Origin: Candidatus Poribacteria bacterium
GTDB lineage: Bacteria > Poribacteria > WGA-4E > PCPOR2b
Reading direction: 5' to 3'
Assembly: GCA_965198175.1 (NCBI GenBank)
Contig: OZ240245.1
Span: forward strand, 1,728,001 to 1,792,000
Length of the DNA: 64,000 nucleotides
Shown: one piece after another, positions 9,459 to 19,800 of the stretch
Position numbering within the stretch: position 1 is the first letter of the stretch
How the letters are laid out: the number at the start of each line of letters is the position of its first letter
Made by a program: the position numbers and the translations under genes
Notes under the pieces: model-generated
What the model was told of the DNA's origin: nothing
Databases searched by the model: none
Seen by the model: the letters and a program-made list of their open reading frames with translations, nothing else

Positions 9459-10595
9459 ATGGAAAGAAATCTACCGATAACAGACTCAAACCTTCACTCC
9501 ATCCACGACAAAGTGCAAGTGAAGGAGCGTCTCTCATTTGACGACGGTGTCACGCTCTATGAAAGTCCCGATATCACAGGCGTCGGGTATCTCGCCAACA
9601 TCGTGCGAGAGCGCCAGAACGGGAATTTCGCCTACTACAATCTTAACCAGCATATCGACTACTCGAATGTGTGTATTTTGCATGCACGCTGTCACTTCTG
9701 TGCGTTTGCGCGTAAGAACATAAAGACGGAAGGGGCGTGGGAGATGAGCGTAGATGAATTTCTTGACAAGGCGACGTATTCGATCGACCACGGTTGCACG
9801 GAAATTCACAGCGTCGGCGGATTGCATCCGAAGTTGCCGTTTGAATACTACCTCGACATGCTGCGTGGACTCAAAAAACGGATGCCGCAGGTCCATCTAA
9901 AGTTTTTCACGGCTGTGGAGATTCACCACTTTTCTCGGATATTCAAGATGTCGATTGAGGAGGTCTTGATTGCGTTGCGTGAGGCGGGGCTAGATTCGCT
10001 TCCTGGCGGTGGTGCGGAAATCTTCGCGGAGGAAACGCGGGAAAAAATTTGTCCCGGCAAACTGAGTGCAGAAGGGTGGCTTGAGGTGCATGACATCGCA
10101 CACCGGCTCGGTATTCCAACAAACGCAACGATGCTCTACGGGCACCTCGAAACGGTCGAAGATCGGGTAGACCACCTGATTCGTTTGCGCAGACGACAGG
10201 ACAGGTCGGGCGGTTTTGTTACGTTCATTCCGCTTGCGTTTCACCCAGCGAACACACGCATGGCGTACCTACCGAGCACGTCGGGCTTAACAGATCTACA
10301 GAATATTGCAGTATCCCGCTTGATGCTAGACAACTTCCCTCATATCAAAGCCTACTGGATTATGATTGGGCTGAAGGTTGCGCAGGTCTCATTGAGCTAT
10401 GGCGCAGACGATATCGACGGGACAGTGACGGAGGAGAAGATTACTCACATGGCTGGCGCGACGACACCCGAATCTATCACAGTGGCGGAGATTGCCCGCT
10501 TAATCAGAGAGGTGGGAAAGATTCCCATTGAACGTGACACGCTCTATAACGAAATCATTCGAGAGGGGCATCGATGGTACAGAAAGGCCGCGTAA
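9459..10595 (+). CDS. mqnE: Aminofutalosine synthase (radical SAM, CofH/MqnE family)
   Basis: Cys motif CILHARCHFC, PGGGAEIF, NATMLYGH, HIKAYW, EKITHMAGA; overlaps mqnA. Confidence 0.85.
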   Translation: MERNLPITDSNLHSIHDKVQVKERLSFDDGVTLYESPDITGVGYLANIVRERQNGNFAYYNLNQHIDYSNVCILHARCHFCAFARKNIKTEGAWEMSVDEFLDKATYSIDHGCTEIHSVGGLHPKLPFEYYLDMLRGLKKRMPQVHLKFFTAVEIHHFSRIFKMSIEEVLIALREAGLDSLPGGGAEIFAEETREKICPGKLSAEGWLEVHDIAHRLGIPTNATMLYGHLETVEDRVDHLIRLRRRQDRSGGFVTFIPLAFHPANTRMAYLPSTSGLTDLQNIAVSRLMLDNFPHIKAYWIMIGLKVAQVSLSYGADDIDGTVTEEKITHMAGATTPESITVAEIARLIREVGKIPIERDTLYNEIIREGHRWYRKAA

Positions 10596-11383
10596 GGGTC
10601 GGTGCGGTTTCATACCTGAACACAAAACCTCTAATCTATCCACTCTTAAACAATTCCCAAAATCTGACCAATGAAGAGATCGATCTTTTCCTCGATTATC
10701 CCAGCCGTTTGGCTGACGACTTGAAAGCTGGCAACCTTGATGTGGCGTTGATTCCAATCATCGAGTATTTCCGGAGCCCCGGCTATCGGATTGTTCCCAA
10801 CATGTCAATTTCCTCTCGGGGCCCTGTCCGTAGCATCCAATTTTTCACCCATGTACCGATTGCCACCATCCGCCGCATCGCATTTGACACGAGCTCACGA
10901 AGTTCTTGCGCCCTTGTGCAGATTTGGCTCGCTGAGAAGTACCATCTCTACCCTGAGATTATTTCATGTCCACCTTCTACCGACCCACGTTCAGTTGATG
11001 CGGACGCGGTCTTACTAATTGGCGATGCTGCGATGAGATGCCGGTATCCAGCAGATTCTGCCTTAGATCTCGGTGCAGAGTGGCAGGAGTTCGTGGGCTT
11101 GCCATTCGTCTATGCATGCTGGGTGGCAAGAGAAAATGTCGAGCTCCGGAATGTGACTCACATCCTACAACGTGCTAAGCAAATTGGCATCAATCAGATT
11201 CCAGAAATTGCACATGCGGAAGCTCAAAAACTCGGGTTTCCGGATGATATGTGTCAGGATTATCTAACTAATCATATATATTATGACCTCGGTGAGCTGG
11301 AAATTGCAGGTATGATGAAGTTTTACGAACTTGCGGTTAAATACGGTCTAGCACTGCCGGATATAACCCCGAAGTTTGTGTAA
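10574..11383 (+). CDS. mqnA: Chorismate dehydratase (futalosine pathway)
   Basis: VSYLNTKPL, SSRSS, LLIGDAA, DLGAEW..GLPFVYACW. Confidence 0.9.
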   Translation: MVQKGRVRVGAVSYLNTKPLIYPLLNNSQNLTNEEIDLFLDYPSRLADDLKAGNLDVALIPIIEYFRSPGYRIVPNMSISSRGPVRSIQFFTHVPIATIRRIAFDTSSRSSCALVQIWLAEKYHLYPEIISCPPSTDPRSVDADAVLLIGDAAMRCRYPADSALDLGAEWQEFVGLPFVYACWVARENVELRNVTHILQRAKQIGINQIPEIAHAEAQKLGFPDDMCQDYLTNHIYYDLGELEIAGMMKFYELAVKYGLALPDITPKFV

Positions 11384-11433
11384 GACAAAGCTCAAATCTA
11401 AATGTTATACGTATTCTTGAGGTATTGTGCAAC

Positions 11434-12711
11434 ATGGTTGAATCGACTCTCTTTGATTCATCTTATGAAACCCGGAAACGTCCGCGGCTGAACCAGGTTC
11501 TGGATCAACTTCGTCCAATGTACTCGTCGGATGAACTGAAAGTATTGCGCATTGACAGAATCAGTGAGGAGGTCCTGTCTCTGCGCTCCGGACGTGGGTT
11601 TGTCAATCGGGAAATTCTCGAAATCGTACTAGGCAATCTGTTAGAATGTGTGGCGCCCGGTTCGCACAACGCCCCGCATCCGTTGCACCAAGAGCGTGAG
11701 TTGCCAGAAGCAATTGAGGAAGTTGCAGACCAGCTCTACGCGATGATTACCCAATCCTTTTTGGCTGCTGGCGACGAAGACACTTTGGAAGACCGGGCAC
11801 TAGACATTACCTTTGCGCTGCTCTGGGAACTTCCCCATTTTAAAATGCGCGCGCAATGGAATCGCTTCGCTTCCTTTAAAGACCCAGCCGTGTGGGATGC
11901 CTACCTCCTTCATGGCGGTGTTTCCCGCGAAAAACTCTCTGAACTTAACATCGGCGCACAAATAGACAAGGCTATCGCTGCAAGGGACTTTCAACCCTAT
12001 CAAAATGCCCTGAATCGTCTTGATTTGGCATATGCTTTTGACTATCAGATGCAACTGGTTATGAGTACCTACCCCGGTTGGCGGTTGCTCTTATACCACG
12101 ATGTCGCCCACGCTTTGACAAAATCGGGCTCCGTCGAAGGCAATCCCGATCTCTATCGAACCCCCGTACCATTCTTGCCTCGTGCAATGTCTGAACTCGG
12201 AGGACGCTACTATCAGGCAGACCTACACCCCGAAACCCAAATCGACGACGCCAACTTTCTCGATCACCCTCACCGTGGCATCACCACCGGGCAAACTGGA
12301 ATCATTGGGTCGGGCTGCGTTATCTATCCCTGCACGCTCGGGGGCATGAGTGTCAGAGTGAAGCAACGTCATCCCATCATCGGCGATTTTGTACGGATTG
12401 GTACGGACGCAAGTTTATTGGGTCCTGTAAAGATTGGAGATCACTCTACCGTCGGACCTAACGCGGAACTTCATGGTTTTGTGGAAATCGAGGCTGGCTG
12501 TGATATCGGTTCCTCGGTGGTAATTGGTACCGTCAGAAACGCATCTGTCAAACCGGGCATGATTCGCATAGGACGAAGCGTCCGCGTCGGCGATGGCACA
12601 ATTATCGAAAACATTTCCGCAATAGATCTCATTATTCCGGATAAGGCAGAGATTCCCGCACGCAGCCATATTGCTAACGATGGCTTTGGGCATCCCAGAT
12701 ACTTAATGTAA
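11434..12711 (+). CDS. Serine O-acetyltransferase-like hexapeptide-repeat protein with long N-terminal extension
   Basis: YPG..., FLPRAMSE, DLHP, FLDH, TLGG, RHPIIG motifs parallel CysE; extra beta-helix turns at the C-terminus. Confidence 0.65.
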   Translation: MVESTLFDSSYETRKRPRLNQVLDQLRPMYSSDELKVLRIDRISEEVLSLRSGRGFVNREILEIVLGNLLECVAPGSHNAPHPLHQERELPEAIEEVADQLYAMITQSFLAAGDEDTLEDRALDITFALLWELPHFKMRAQWNRFASFKDPAVWDAYLLHGGVSREKLSELNIGAQIDKAIAARDFQPYQNALNRLDLAYAFDYQMQLVMSTYPGWRLLLYHDVAHALTKSGSVEGNPDLYRTPVPFLPRAMSELGGRYYQADLHPETQIDDANFLDHPHRGITTGQTGIIGSGCVIYPCTLGGMSVRVKQRHPIIGDFVRIGTDASLLGPVKIGDHSTVGPNAELHGFVEIEAGCDIGSSVVIGTVRNASVKPGMIRIGRSVRVGDGTIIENISAIDLIIPDKAEIPARSHIANDGFGHPRYLM

Positions 12712-12777
12712 AAGGACTCATGGTAAGATTCGGCAGAAGTATTTAATCGTTAATGTCGCAAGCCAAAACCTTTCGGC

Positions 12778-12806
12778 TTGCATTTTTTCCCAGCTTCATA
12801 TACAAT
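12778..12806 (+). promoter_or_regulatory. Sigma70-type promoter for phoH operon
   Basis: TTGCAT-17 bp-TACAAT. Confidence 0.5.
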
Positions 12807-12838
12807 AATGCAGATGAAAAAGGGAGAGTGATATCGTA

Positions 12839-13849
12839 TTGCAGAATCGAGAGTCCTTGAGCGTCCCGATACAGGACCATGCTGAAGCACAAGTGCTCTT
12901 CGGTCAAGCGGATGTTTTTCTGAAAATTGTCGAAGATAGCTTCAACGCCACAGTTATTCTGAAAAGCGACGGCTTGAAAATTGTCGGCGATGATTCCAAG
13001 GATGTTCACCGTGTTGGGAAGACGTTTGAATCGCTACTCAATCTTGTTCGAAGCGGTCAACAAATCGACGCGAGCGATGTCAAACACGCGGTACGGGCTT
13101 CGAAAAGCGAGATACTTGTTCAGTCGGAACAAACAGCAGAAGCAGCGATTCCCGTATATTCCAAACGTGGAATTGTGCGCCCGAAGACCCCTGGACAGAG
13201 ACGTTATGTGGAAGCGATTAAGAACCACGATCTTGTCATTGGGATTGGCCCAGCAGGAACGGGAAAAACCTACCTTGCAATGGCAATGGCTGTTTCAGCC
13301 TTAAAAGGTGGACAGATTAGTCGAATTCTTTTAACCCGCCCTGCTGTTGAAGCGGGTGAGAAGCTCGGTTTTTTGCCTGGGGACATTGCTGCGAAGATTG
13401 ACCCTTATTTGCGACCTTTGTACGATGCGCTTTACGATATGATTCCCCCTGAATCCCTTGAGCGTTATCTTGAGCGTAATATAATTGAAGTTGCCCCGCT
13501 CGCTTTTATGCGAGGACGTACTCTCAATAACTCTTTCGTTGTTCTTGACGAAGCGCAAAATGCAACCGTTGAGCAGATGAAGATGTTTCTCACTCGGCTC
13601 GGTTATGATTCCAAGGCGGTTGTCACTGGAGACATCACCCAAACGGACTTACCTTTCGGCAAGATGTCGGGGCTTGCTGACGCTCAAGCAGTGCTCTCCA
13701 CCATTGAGGGAATTGCGTGTATCCACTTTTCAAGCGAAGATGTCGTTCGACATGAGCTAGTCCAACGGATTGTTGAGGCTTACGAAAGTCGTGAAGTTGG
13801 TCCATCCCAAAACCCCAACCACTCTGAGGAAAATGAACGTCAAACTTGA
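12839..13849 (+). CDS. phoH: PhoH family ATPase
   Basis: GPAGTGKT, RPAVEAGEKLGFLPG, FMRGRT, DEAQN. Confidence 0.95.
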   Translation: MQNRESLSVPIQDHAEAQVLFGQADVFLKIVEDSFNATVILKSDGLKIVGDDSKDVHRVGKTFESLLNLVRSGQQIDASDVKHAVRASKSEILVQSEQTAEAAIPVYSKRGIVRPKTPGQRRYVEAIKNHDLVIGIGPAGTGKTYLAMAMAVSALKGGQISRILLTRPAVEAGEKLGFLPGDIAAKIDPYLRPLYDALYDMIPPESLERYLERNIIEVAPLAFMRGRTLNNSFVVLDEAQNATVEQMKMFLTRLGYDSKAVVTGDITQTDLPFGKMSGLADAQAVLSTIEGIACIHFSSEDVVRHELVQRIVEAYESREVGPSQNPNHSEENERQT

Positions 13850-13861
13850 ACAGTCGCACCG

Positions 13862-14287
13862 ATGATTCTCACCAGCAATAACAGTCAGAACCCCGATTTG
13901 GATGAAACAACTATCTATAAGGCGGCGTTGGCATCGTTAAGAACGCACGGTTTGGAAGATTGCGAAGTGAGTATATTGGTAACGGATGACCTTGAGATTG
14001 AAGCCCTTAATCGGCAATATCGTCATATTACCGCGCCAACTGATGTGTTAGCCTTTGCGATGCATGAGGGCATTGATGGCGATTTGCATCCGCAACTGCT
14101 CGGTGATTTGGTAATATCTGTTCAGACCGCTCAACGCCAAGCCGCTGCCCAACACCATTCCCTCGAAGTTGAACTCGCCTGGCTTACTGTACATGGCATG
14201 CTTCATCTCCTCGGCTACGACCATCAAACTCCACAAGAAGCTGAGATTATGTTCGAGAAACAAGAAGCGATTCTCCGACTGATTTAG
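13862..14287 (+). CDS. ybeY: rRNA maturation endonuclease YbeY
   Basis: LNRQYR...PTDVLAF and HGMLHLLGYDH. Confidence 0.95.
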   Translation: MILTSNNSQNPDLDETTIYKAALASLRTHGLEDCEVSILVTDDLEIEALNRQYRHITAPTDVLAFAMHEGIDGDLHPQLLGDLVISVQTAQRQAAAQHHSLEVELAWLTVHGMLHLLGYDHQTPQEAEIMFEKQEAILRLI

Positions 14288-14364
14288 TCATAATCACTAC
14301 GCAACTTTGTTCTGGGAGCGCAGTTTTTCACCTTGCATAATTTTGAAGGCTCAACTTTAGGAGT

Positions 14365-15684
14365 GTGATTTCACACTTGGATGACATAGACAGTATCCTT
14401 AAACTGGTTGGTTTGTTTGCTCTGTTTATCTTAGCAGCATTTTTTTCAGCCGCAGAAACACTACTTAGCCGACTGACCAGGAATGATATTCTGAATATAG
14501 CAGAAGCGGGTGGCAAGCGGTATGAGATTTTGGCTTCTCTCCTTCGGGATTCACGGAGATATTCAGCGACGATTATCATCGCCAAAAGCGGATTAATCGT
14601 CGCTATTGTTGTGATATTCATGTCCATGGTCAGTGTTGGGCCTCCGGGAATCAGGAGTGTTATTGGGGCGATTCTTGCCGCAGTCGCCATTGTAGTCATC
14701 ACCGAGTTTATCCCGAAAAACTATGTCCGAGGAAGTTCCGAGAATTCAACAATTCATGCCTTACGCTTTCTGCGAATTACCTATTGGATTCTATATTTTG
14801 TAATCAAACCGTTAACCTTGCTTGGATACTTCGGTGTGCGCATTCTGGGTGGAAAGGTTCAAACTGAACAAGATAGTATCGTTTCACCAGAGGAGCTAGA
14901 AACAGTAGTCAATGTTGGAGATAGCCAGGAGATTTTAGAAGCGGAAGAACGAGAAATGATTTCGCGTATACTAGATCTGCCTGACATCGTTGCACGCGAG
15001 ATTATCATCCCCCGAACAGATATGGTATGCCTAGAGGTTTCCACATCTGAGGAAGAAGTTCTCCGGACAGCCATTGGGTCAAGACATTCCCGAATTCCTG
15101 TTTACGAAGAAACAATCGATTATATCATCGGTATCCTTAACGTGAAGGATATGTTGGATTATTGGGCTGAAGGCAAGGCGATAGATTTAAGGGCGCTCGT
15201 CACGGATAGGCCTCCGTTTTTCACACCCGAAAGCAAAAAAATCTCGAATCTCTTTCGCGATTTGCGTGCTAATAAGCAGCATATGGCAATCGTTGTCGAT
15301 GAATATGGTGGTACCGCCGGAGTTGTTACCTTGGAAGATATTATTGAGGAGATTGTCGGTGAAATTCAAGATGAATACGATTCCGACGAGCAGGAAGAAT
15401 GCCTTCCGTTGGGCGAAAATGTGTATTCGGTTGACGCGCGCATGAGCATAGACAATCTGAATGAACAACTCGGCACACAGATACAATCGGAAAACGTAGA
15501 CACTGTCGGCGGATTTGTAGTCGATTACTTCGGGAAAGTTCCTGAACAAGGAGATCGATTTTCTTATCAGGGCATGGAGTTTACCGTATTGGAAGCGGAT
15601 GAACGGCGGGTTCACCGGATTCAAATTCAGACCCTTAATATGACGAAAGGCGAATCTAACCGGACTGAAATTATCGGACAGTAG
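14365..15684 (+). CDS. CNNM/CBS/CorC hemolysin-family membrane protein
   Basis: FFSAAET, HSRIPVY, VVDEYGGTAGVVTLEDIIEEIVGEI, C-terminal CorC domain. Confidence 0.93.
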   Translation: MISHLDDIDSILKLVGLFALFILAAFFSAAETLLSRLTRNDILNIAEAGGKRYEILASLLRDSRRYSATIIIAKSGLIVAIVVIFMSMVSVGPPGIRSVIGAILAAVAIVVITEFIPKNYVRGSSENSTIHALRFLRITYWILYFVIKPLTLLGYFGVRILGGKVQTEQDSIVSPEELETVVNVGDSQEILEAEEREMISRILDLPDIVAREIIIPRTDMVCLEVSTSEEEVLRTAIGSRHSRIPVYEETIDYIIGILNVKDMLDYWAEGKAIDLRALVTDRPPFFTPESKKISNLFRDLRANKQHMAIVVDEYGGTAGVVTLEDIIEEIVGEIQDEYDSDEQEECLPLGENVYSVDARMSIDNLNEQLGTQIQSENVDTVGGFVVDYFGKVPEQGDRFSYQGMEFTVLEADERRVHRIQIQTLNMTKGESNRTEIIGQ

Positions 15685-15734
15685 GTTCTTCTTTTTTATT
15701 TGTCAACGCACATGGAAGGCATAACAAAGGAAGC

Positions 15735-15764
15735 TTGACAGGCTCTTAGTGATTATGATACAAT
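15735..15764 (+). promoter_or_regulatory. Sigma70 promoter for tRNA-Pro/recO
   Basis: TTGACA-18 bp-TACAAT with extended TG. Confidence 0.6.
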
Positions 15765-15796
15765 CAGGAGCGCGATGCATTGGTTTTTAACCCAAT

Positions 15797-15871
<75 letters not shown>

Positions 15872-15938
15872 TCCACAATGTCATGGGACAATGGCTCGAT
15901 CAATCAATCGGCCTATTGTCCCATTTTGTTATCGTAAA

Positions 15939-16691
15939 ATGCCAGTCCAAAAAACACCTGCGATTGTCATTCGATTTTTCCCTCTCCGTGAATCTGACAA
16001 AATCATCACATTTTATACAGCTGATTTTGGCAAGATTAAGGCTGTCGCCCGAGGTGTCAGGCGTCCGAAGAGTCGTCTCGCGGGGGGACTTGAACTCCTG
16101 AATTACGGAACGCTAGTATTTTTTGAACGTCCGAATAAAGATCTCCAGATTGTCAATGATTTTGATTTGATTAGTTCCTTTGAAGGAATCAAAGCGGATT
16201 TCGATCGGACAACTTACGGCTGTTATCTAGCGGAGCTGATTGGCGCAATTGAGTCGGATCATTCGGTAAACCAACGGATATTTCATCTGCTACAACACGG
16301 GTTTGAAACGTTGACGCAGGTTGATGATATTGCGTTATTTGCTCGTGCTTTCGAGTTACAATTGCTAGGTTTAGCAGGATATGCACCGCAGCTTTCTCAC
16401 TGTGTGGCTTGTACCCACGTTATTCAGGATGCAGCGTTGCATTTTAGTTCCCGCTTTGGTGGATTACTCTGTGTGAGATGTAGAGATCGTGATGCAAGTG
16501 CGCTATCGATTTCACGAGGAAGTTGTCAGTTAATGCAGCAACTGCAAAAATCTAGTCTATCGCGTTTAGGGCGCTTTCGCGCATCAAATCTCAATCATCG
16601 GGAGCTCAAATTTGTGCTTTCAACCTTCATCTCGTATTATATTGAGCGTGATTTGAAGAGCTTAAAATTCATTGATAGCCTCAATATGTAA
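15939..16691 (+). CDS. recO: DNA repair protein RecO
   Basis: ESDKIITFYT..FGKIKAVARGVRRPKS, zinc motif CVAC...CVRC. Confidence 0.93.
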   Translation: MPVQKTPAIVIRFFPLRESDKIITFYTADFGKIKAVARGVRRPKSRLAGGLELLNYGTLVFFERPNKDLQIVNDFDLISSFEGIKADFDRTTYGCYLAELIGAIESDHSVNQRIFHLLQHGFETLTQVDDIALFARAFELQLLGLAGYAPQLSHCVACTHVIQDAALHFSSRFGGLLCVRCRDRDASALSISRGSCQLMQQLQKSSLSRLGRFRASNLNHRELKFVLSTFISYYIERDLKSLKFIDSLNM

Positions 16692-16809
16692 AATAGTTTA
16701 TGCATTAGGTTATCGTATGACACTCATTAGAGAAGTAAAATGGCAATAATTTCCCCACACATTACACATCACGCCTTAATTTCTAGATAGAATCGAAAGG
16801 AGTTTGCAA

Positions 16810-19800
16810 ATGAAACGCAGGTTTCTCCTGTCCATCAGGTTCGTATTGGTTATCGGTTTACTCGCTGGATGTGGTGAGAAAGAAGATGAAGACTTGCTTG
16901 AGGCGCGAAAGGCGATGGATGATGCAAATTATACCGTTGCTCAAACTGCGATACAAGCCGCGCTTTCGAGCAAACCCGATCACCTCGAAGCCTTATCACT
17001 ACAAGAATTGCTTCAGTTACGCGCAGCCTCAAGCGCAGGCTGGAAAACGGAAGCGATTGACTGGCACAGCGCGATAGAAAAAATTCTCGGTCATTTACAA
17101 CCCCTGAAGAATGAGATTTACGTATCGGAGTCACTCGAAGATCCAGATTCGGATGAGTTGGATCAACTCGAATGGCTTATTCGATCTCGAAATTCGATTG
17201 TTGGAGCCCTTGCTAACTCACTCGCCGAAGCTGTTGAGCAAAACCCGAAGCTCCTTTCAGCTTTAGCTAGTCAAGCAAATTCCGTTGTCATTACGATGTT
17301 ACTGGAGGCAGAAAATTGCTTTCATCCAAAGCATCGTCAAGCCTCATTCACACTAATCCAGCAACTTAGTAATAAAGGATTGGTTTACAATCTGTTGGTT
17401 GATGAAATTCAAAACCCCGATGCCGCAATAAGAAAACAGGCGATAAAGCATTTAGGAAACCTGAAAGATCCGAGGCTCATTCGGGAACTAGAATTCGTTC
17501 TGAAGAAAAAAGACGAATCTCCCGATGTGCTGTACGAGGCAATTGTGGCTCTAGAAGGGTTAAAAGACCAGCAGATGATTATCCCCGCACTGAAGCTCGC
17601 AACAAAAACTAACGTAGCACAAGTACGCATGCTAGCCGCAAAGTTGCTCGGTCTACTGAATGCCAAAGATCCCATAGCAGATTTAGTCCGGTTGCTCGCA
17701 GATGCCAATGAATACGTAAAAAACAGCGCGATGACCGCCCTGATTCAGATTGGGCCGTCATCAATCAATCCTTTGATTGCGGTACTAGATTCAGGGGCTG
17801 AAAACGTAATTCCAGAGGAAGACGACGACCCTAATTTCAGAAATGAGTATCAGTACATTGCAAATGTCTATATTGATACAGACCGGCTGAAAAACCGTCG
17901 GATCAGCACCCAAGCCGCAGCGATTCAAACGCTTGGTGCCTTAAGAGCTAGGAAAGCTGTTGGGCGGCTAGTCAATCTTTTTGAAGATGATGATTTACAT
18001 GGAGATGCAGCCAGTGCGTTGACCGCAATGAAGGAAGTTGCTGTTCCCCATCTGATTCAAGCGCTACGTTATCCGTCGTTTAGTGTCAGCGCTGTGTTCC
18101 AGAGCGATTTAAACAACGGAAACATCTCAGATAATTTGCAACGGGCGTTGGAAAATCATGGCATCTCCCTTTCCCAAAATGCCTCCATTTTCATTGAGGA
18201 GGAAGGCAGCAAATGGTTGATAACTGATAAAGCTAAGCATAAAAAAAGAACATATACCGTCAGAAAGGAAGCGGATAACCTAAAAGTTTCGAGAGATGTT
18301 GTCAGGATTCGGACTGCTGAAGTGATGGACAAGATTGGGGATTTGCGAACGTTGAACTCTCTCAGCCAAGCCCTAAAGAACGATCCGAGAAAGGAAGTCA
18401 AAGCGGCAGCGGCTAAGTCCCTTGGTACAATGAAAACCCCTGGCAGGAATAACATCGCTGTTGATGCACTAACTCAGTCCCTTAATCTAGATGATACAAC
18501 TGCGACTAACGCTGCCATTGCACTCGGGCATATCAATATTAAGAATGAGCGAGCAATCCGCAAACTCATCGCAATGGCGATTGACAAACGTGGACGCGAG
18601 ACGATAAGGAGGGCAGCACTTTCCGCATTAAGTCAACTCAAGCCAATCGAAGCCGTTCAGCCAATGATGCGGTTGATGTTTAGCGATGAAACTAGCGAAA
18701 TCATTCGGAAGGAAGCGGTGACGGTCTTGGGAGAAATCAAAGCGCAAGAAACGGTGCCTGCGCTTTTATGGGTTTTGTCCACACGCTATGAAGACGTTAA
18801 GGATTTTCAACGGCACATGAAAAGGCAGCACAAGACCCTTGCGGAATTGGGTGCTGCTGTTGATGCCTTGGGTATTCAATGGACGCCTGAATATCCCCAA
18901 CCCGATTACCAAAAGTGGGGAGAGTTAAAGCCGATTCCGGGACCTGTTAGAAGCGAGGCAGCCATCACACTTGGTAAGATCAAAGGAAACTTGCAGTTTA
19001 CTAGCACTGAATTAGCGATGTATGTCACCGATCTGAACAGTGGCAAGATTCCAGAAAATTTACGACAAGCATTTAAAAATAATGAAATTGCACTTTCTCA
19101 AAACCCCACTATTTCAGTTGACCGAGCAAGTGAGATTTGGTTTGTAACCGATAAGGAAAATCAGCAACGGTACCATTTCCGGAAAGTTGGGGACAATCTA
19201 AACATCTACACCCAAGGTGACGCGGTATTGGATGCGCTGTTCAATGCCCTGAAGGACGACGAGCGTGCAGCTGTGCGTCGGAGTGCTGCGCTAGCTTTGG
19301 GAGAAATCAATGGAGAGTCCGTTATCTCCCCTTTGATAGATGCGCTTAAGAAGGATGAGCAAGGAATTGTGCGGCAGGAGGCTGCGGCTGCGTTCAGCAA
19401 AATCAAAGGGGAGAAGGTGGTCGGGCCTCTGTTAACGTCGCTCAAAAAGGACAAGTTTGAAAAAACTCGTAAACAAGCAGCAATAACTTTGCGTGAACTG
19501 AAGCAAGAGTTAGCGGACGCTGGGTTGGTCAATGTGTTGAAAAAGGGCCTGGGTCCCTTCGAAGAAAAGCACGAGGTCCAATCCGTTATGAATGAAGTGA
19601 TTGCTTCTCTCATCAAAGATGGCAATGAGTCTACAGTCAATTTTCTGCTTGACGCGCTGAAATCCGTCGATGATGATGAAGAATGGATACGCTGGGCAGC
19701 TGTGCATACAATCGGAGAAATCCGAGCAAAGTCAGACAAGGTAATAATGACGGCTGTGCTGCATCAAGACATTACGGCTGCGATTCGCCAAGAGTTGGCG

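Noticed and set aside
18073..19215. Inserted domains as inteins
   Set aside because: Too short and lacking Cys/Ser start, TxxH block and His-Asn end
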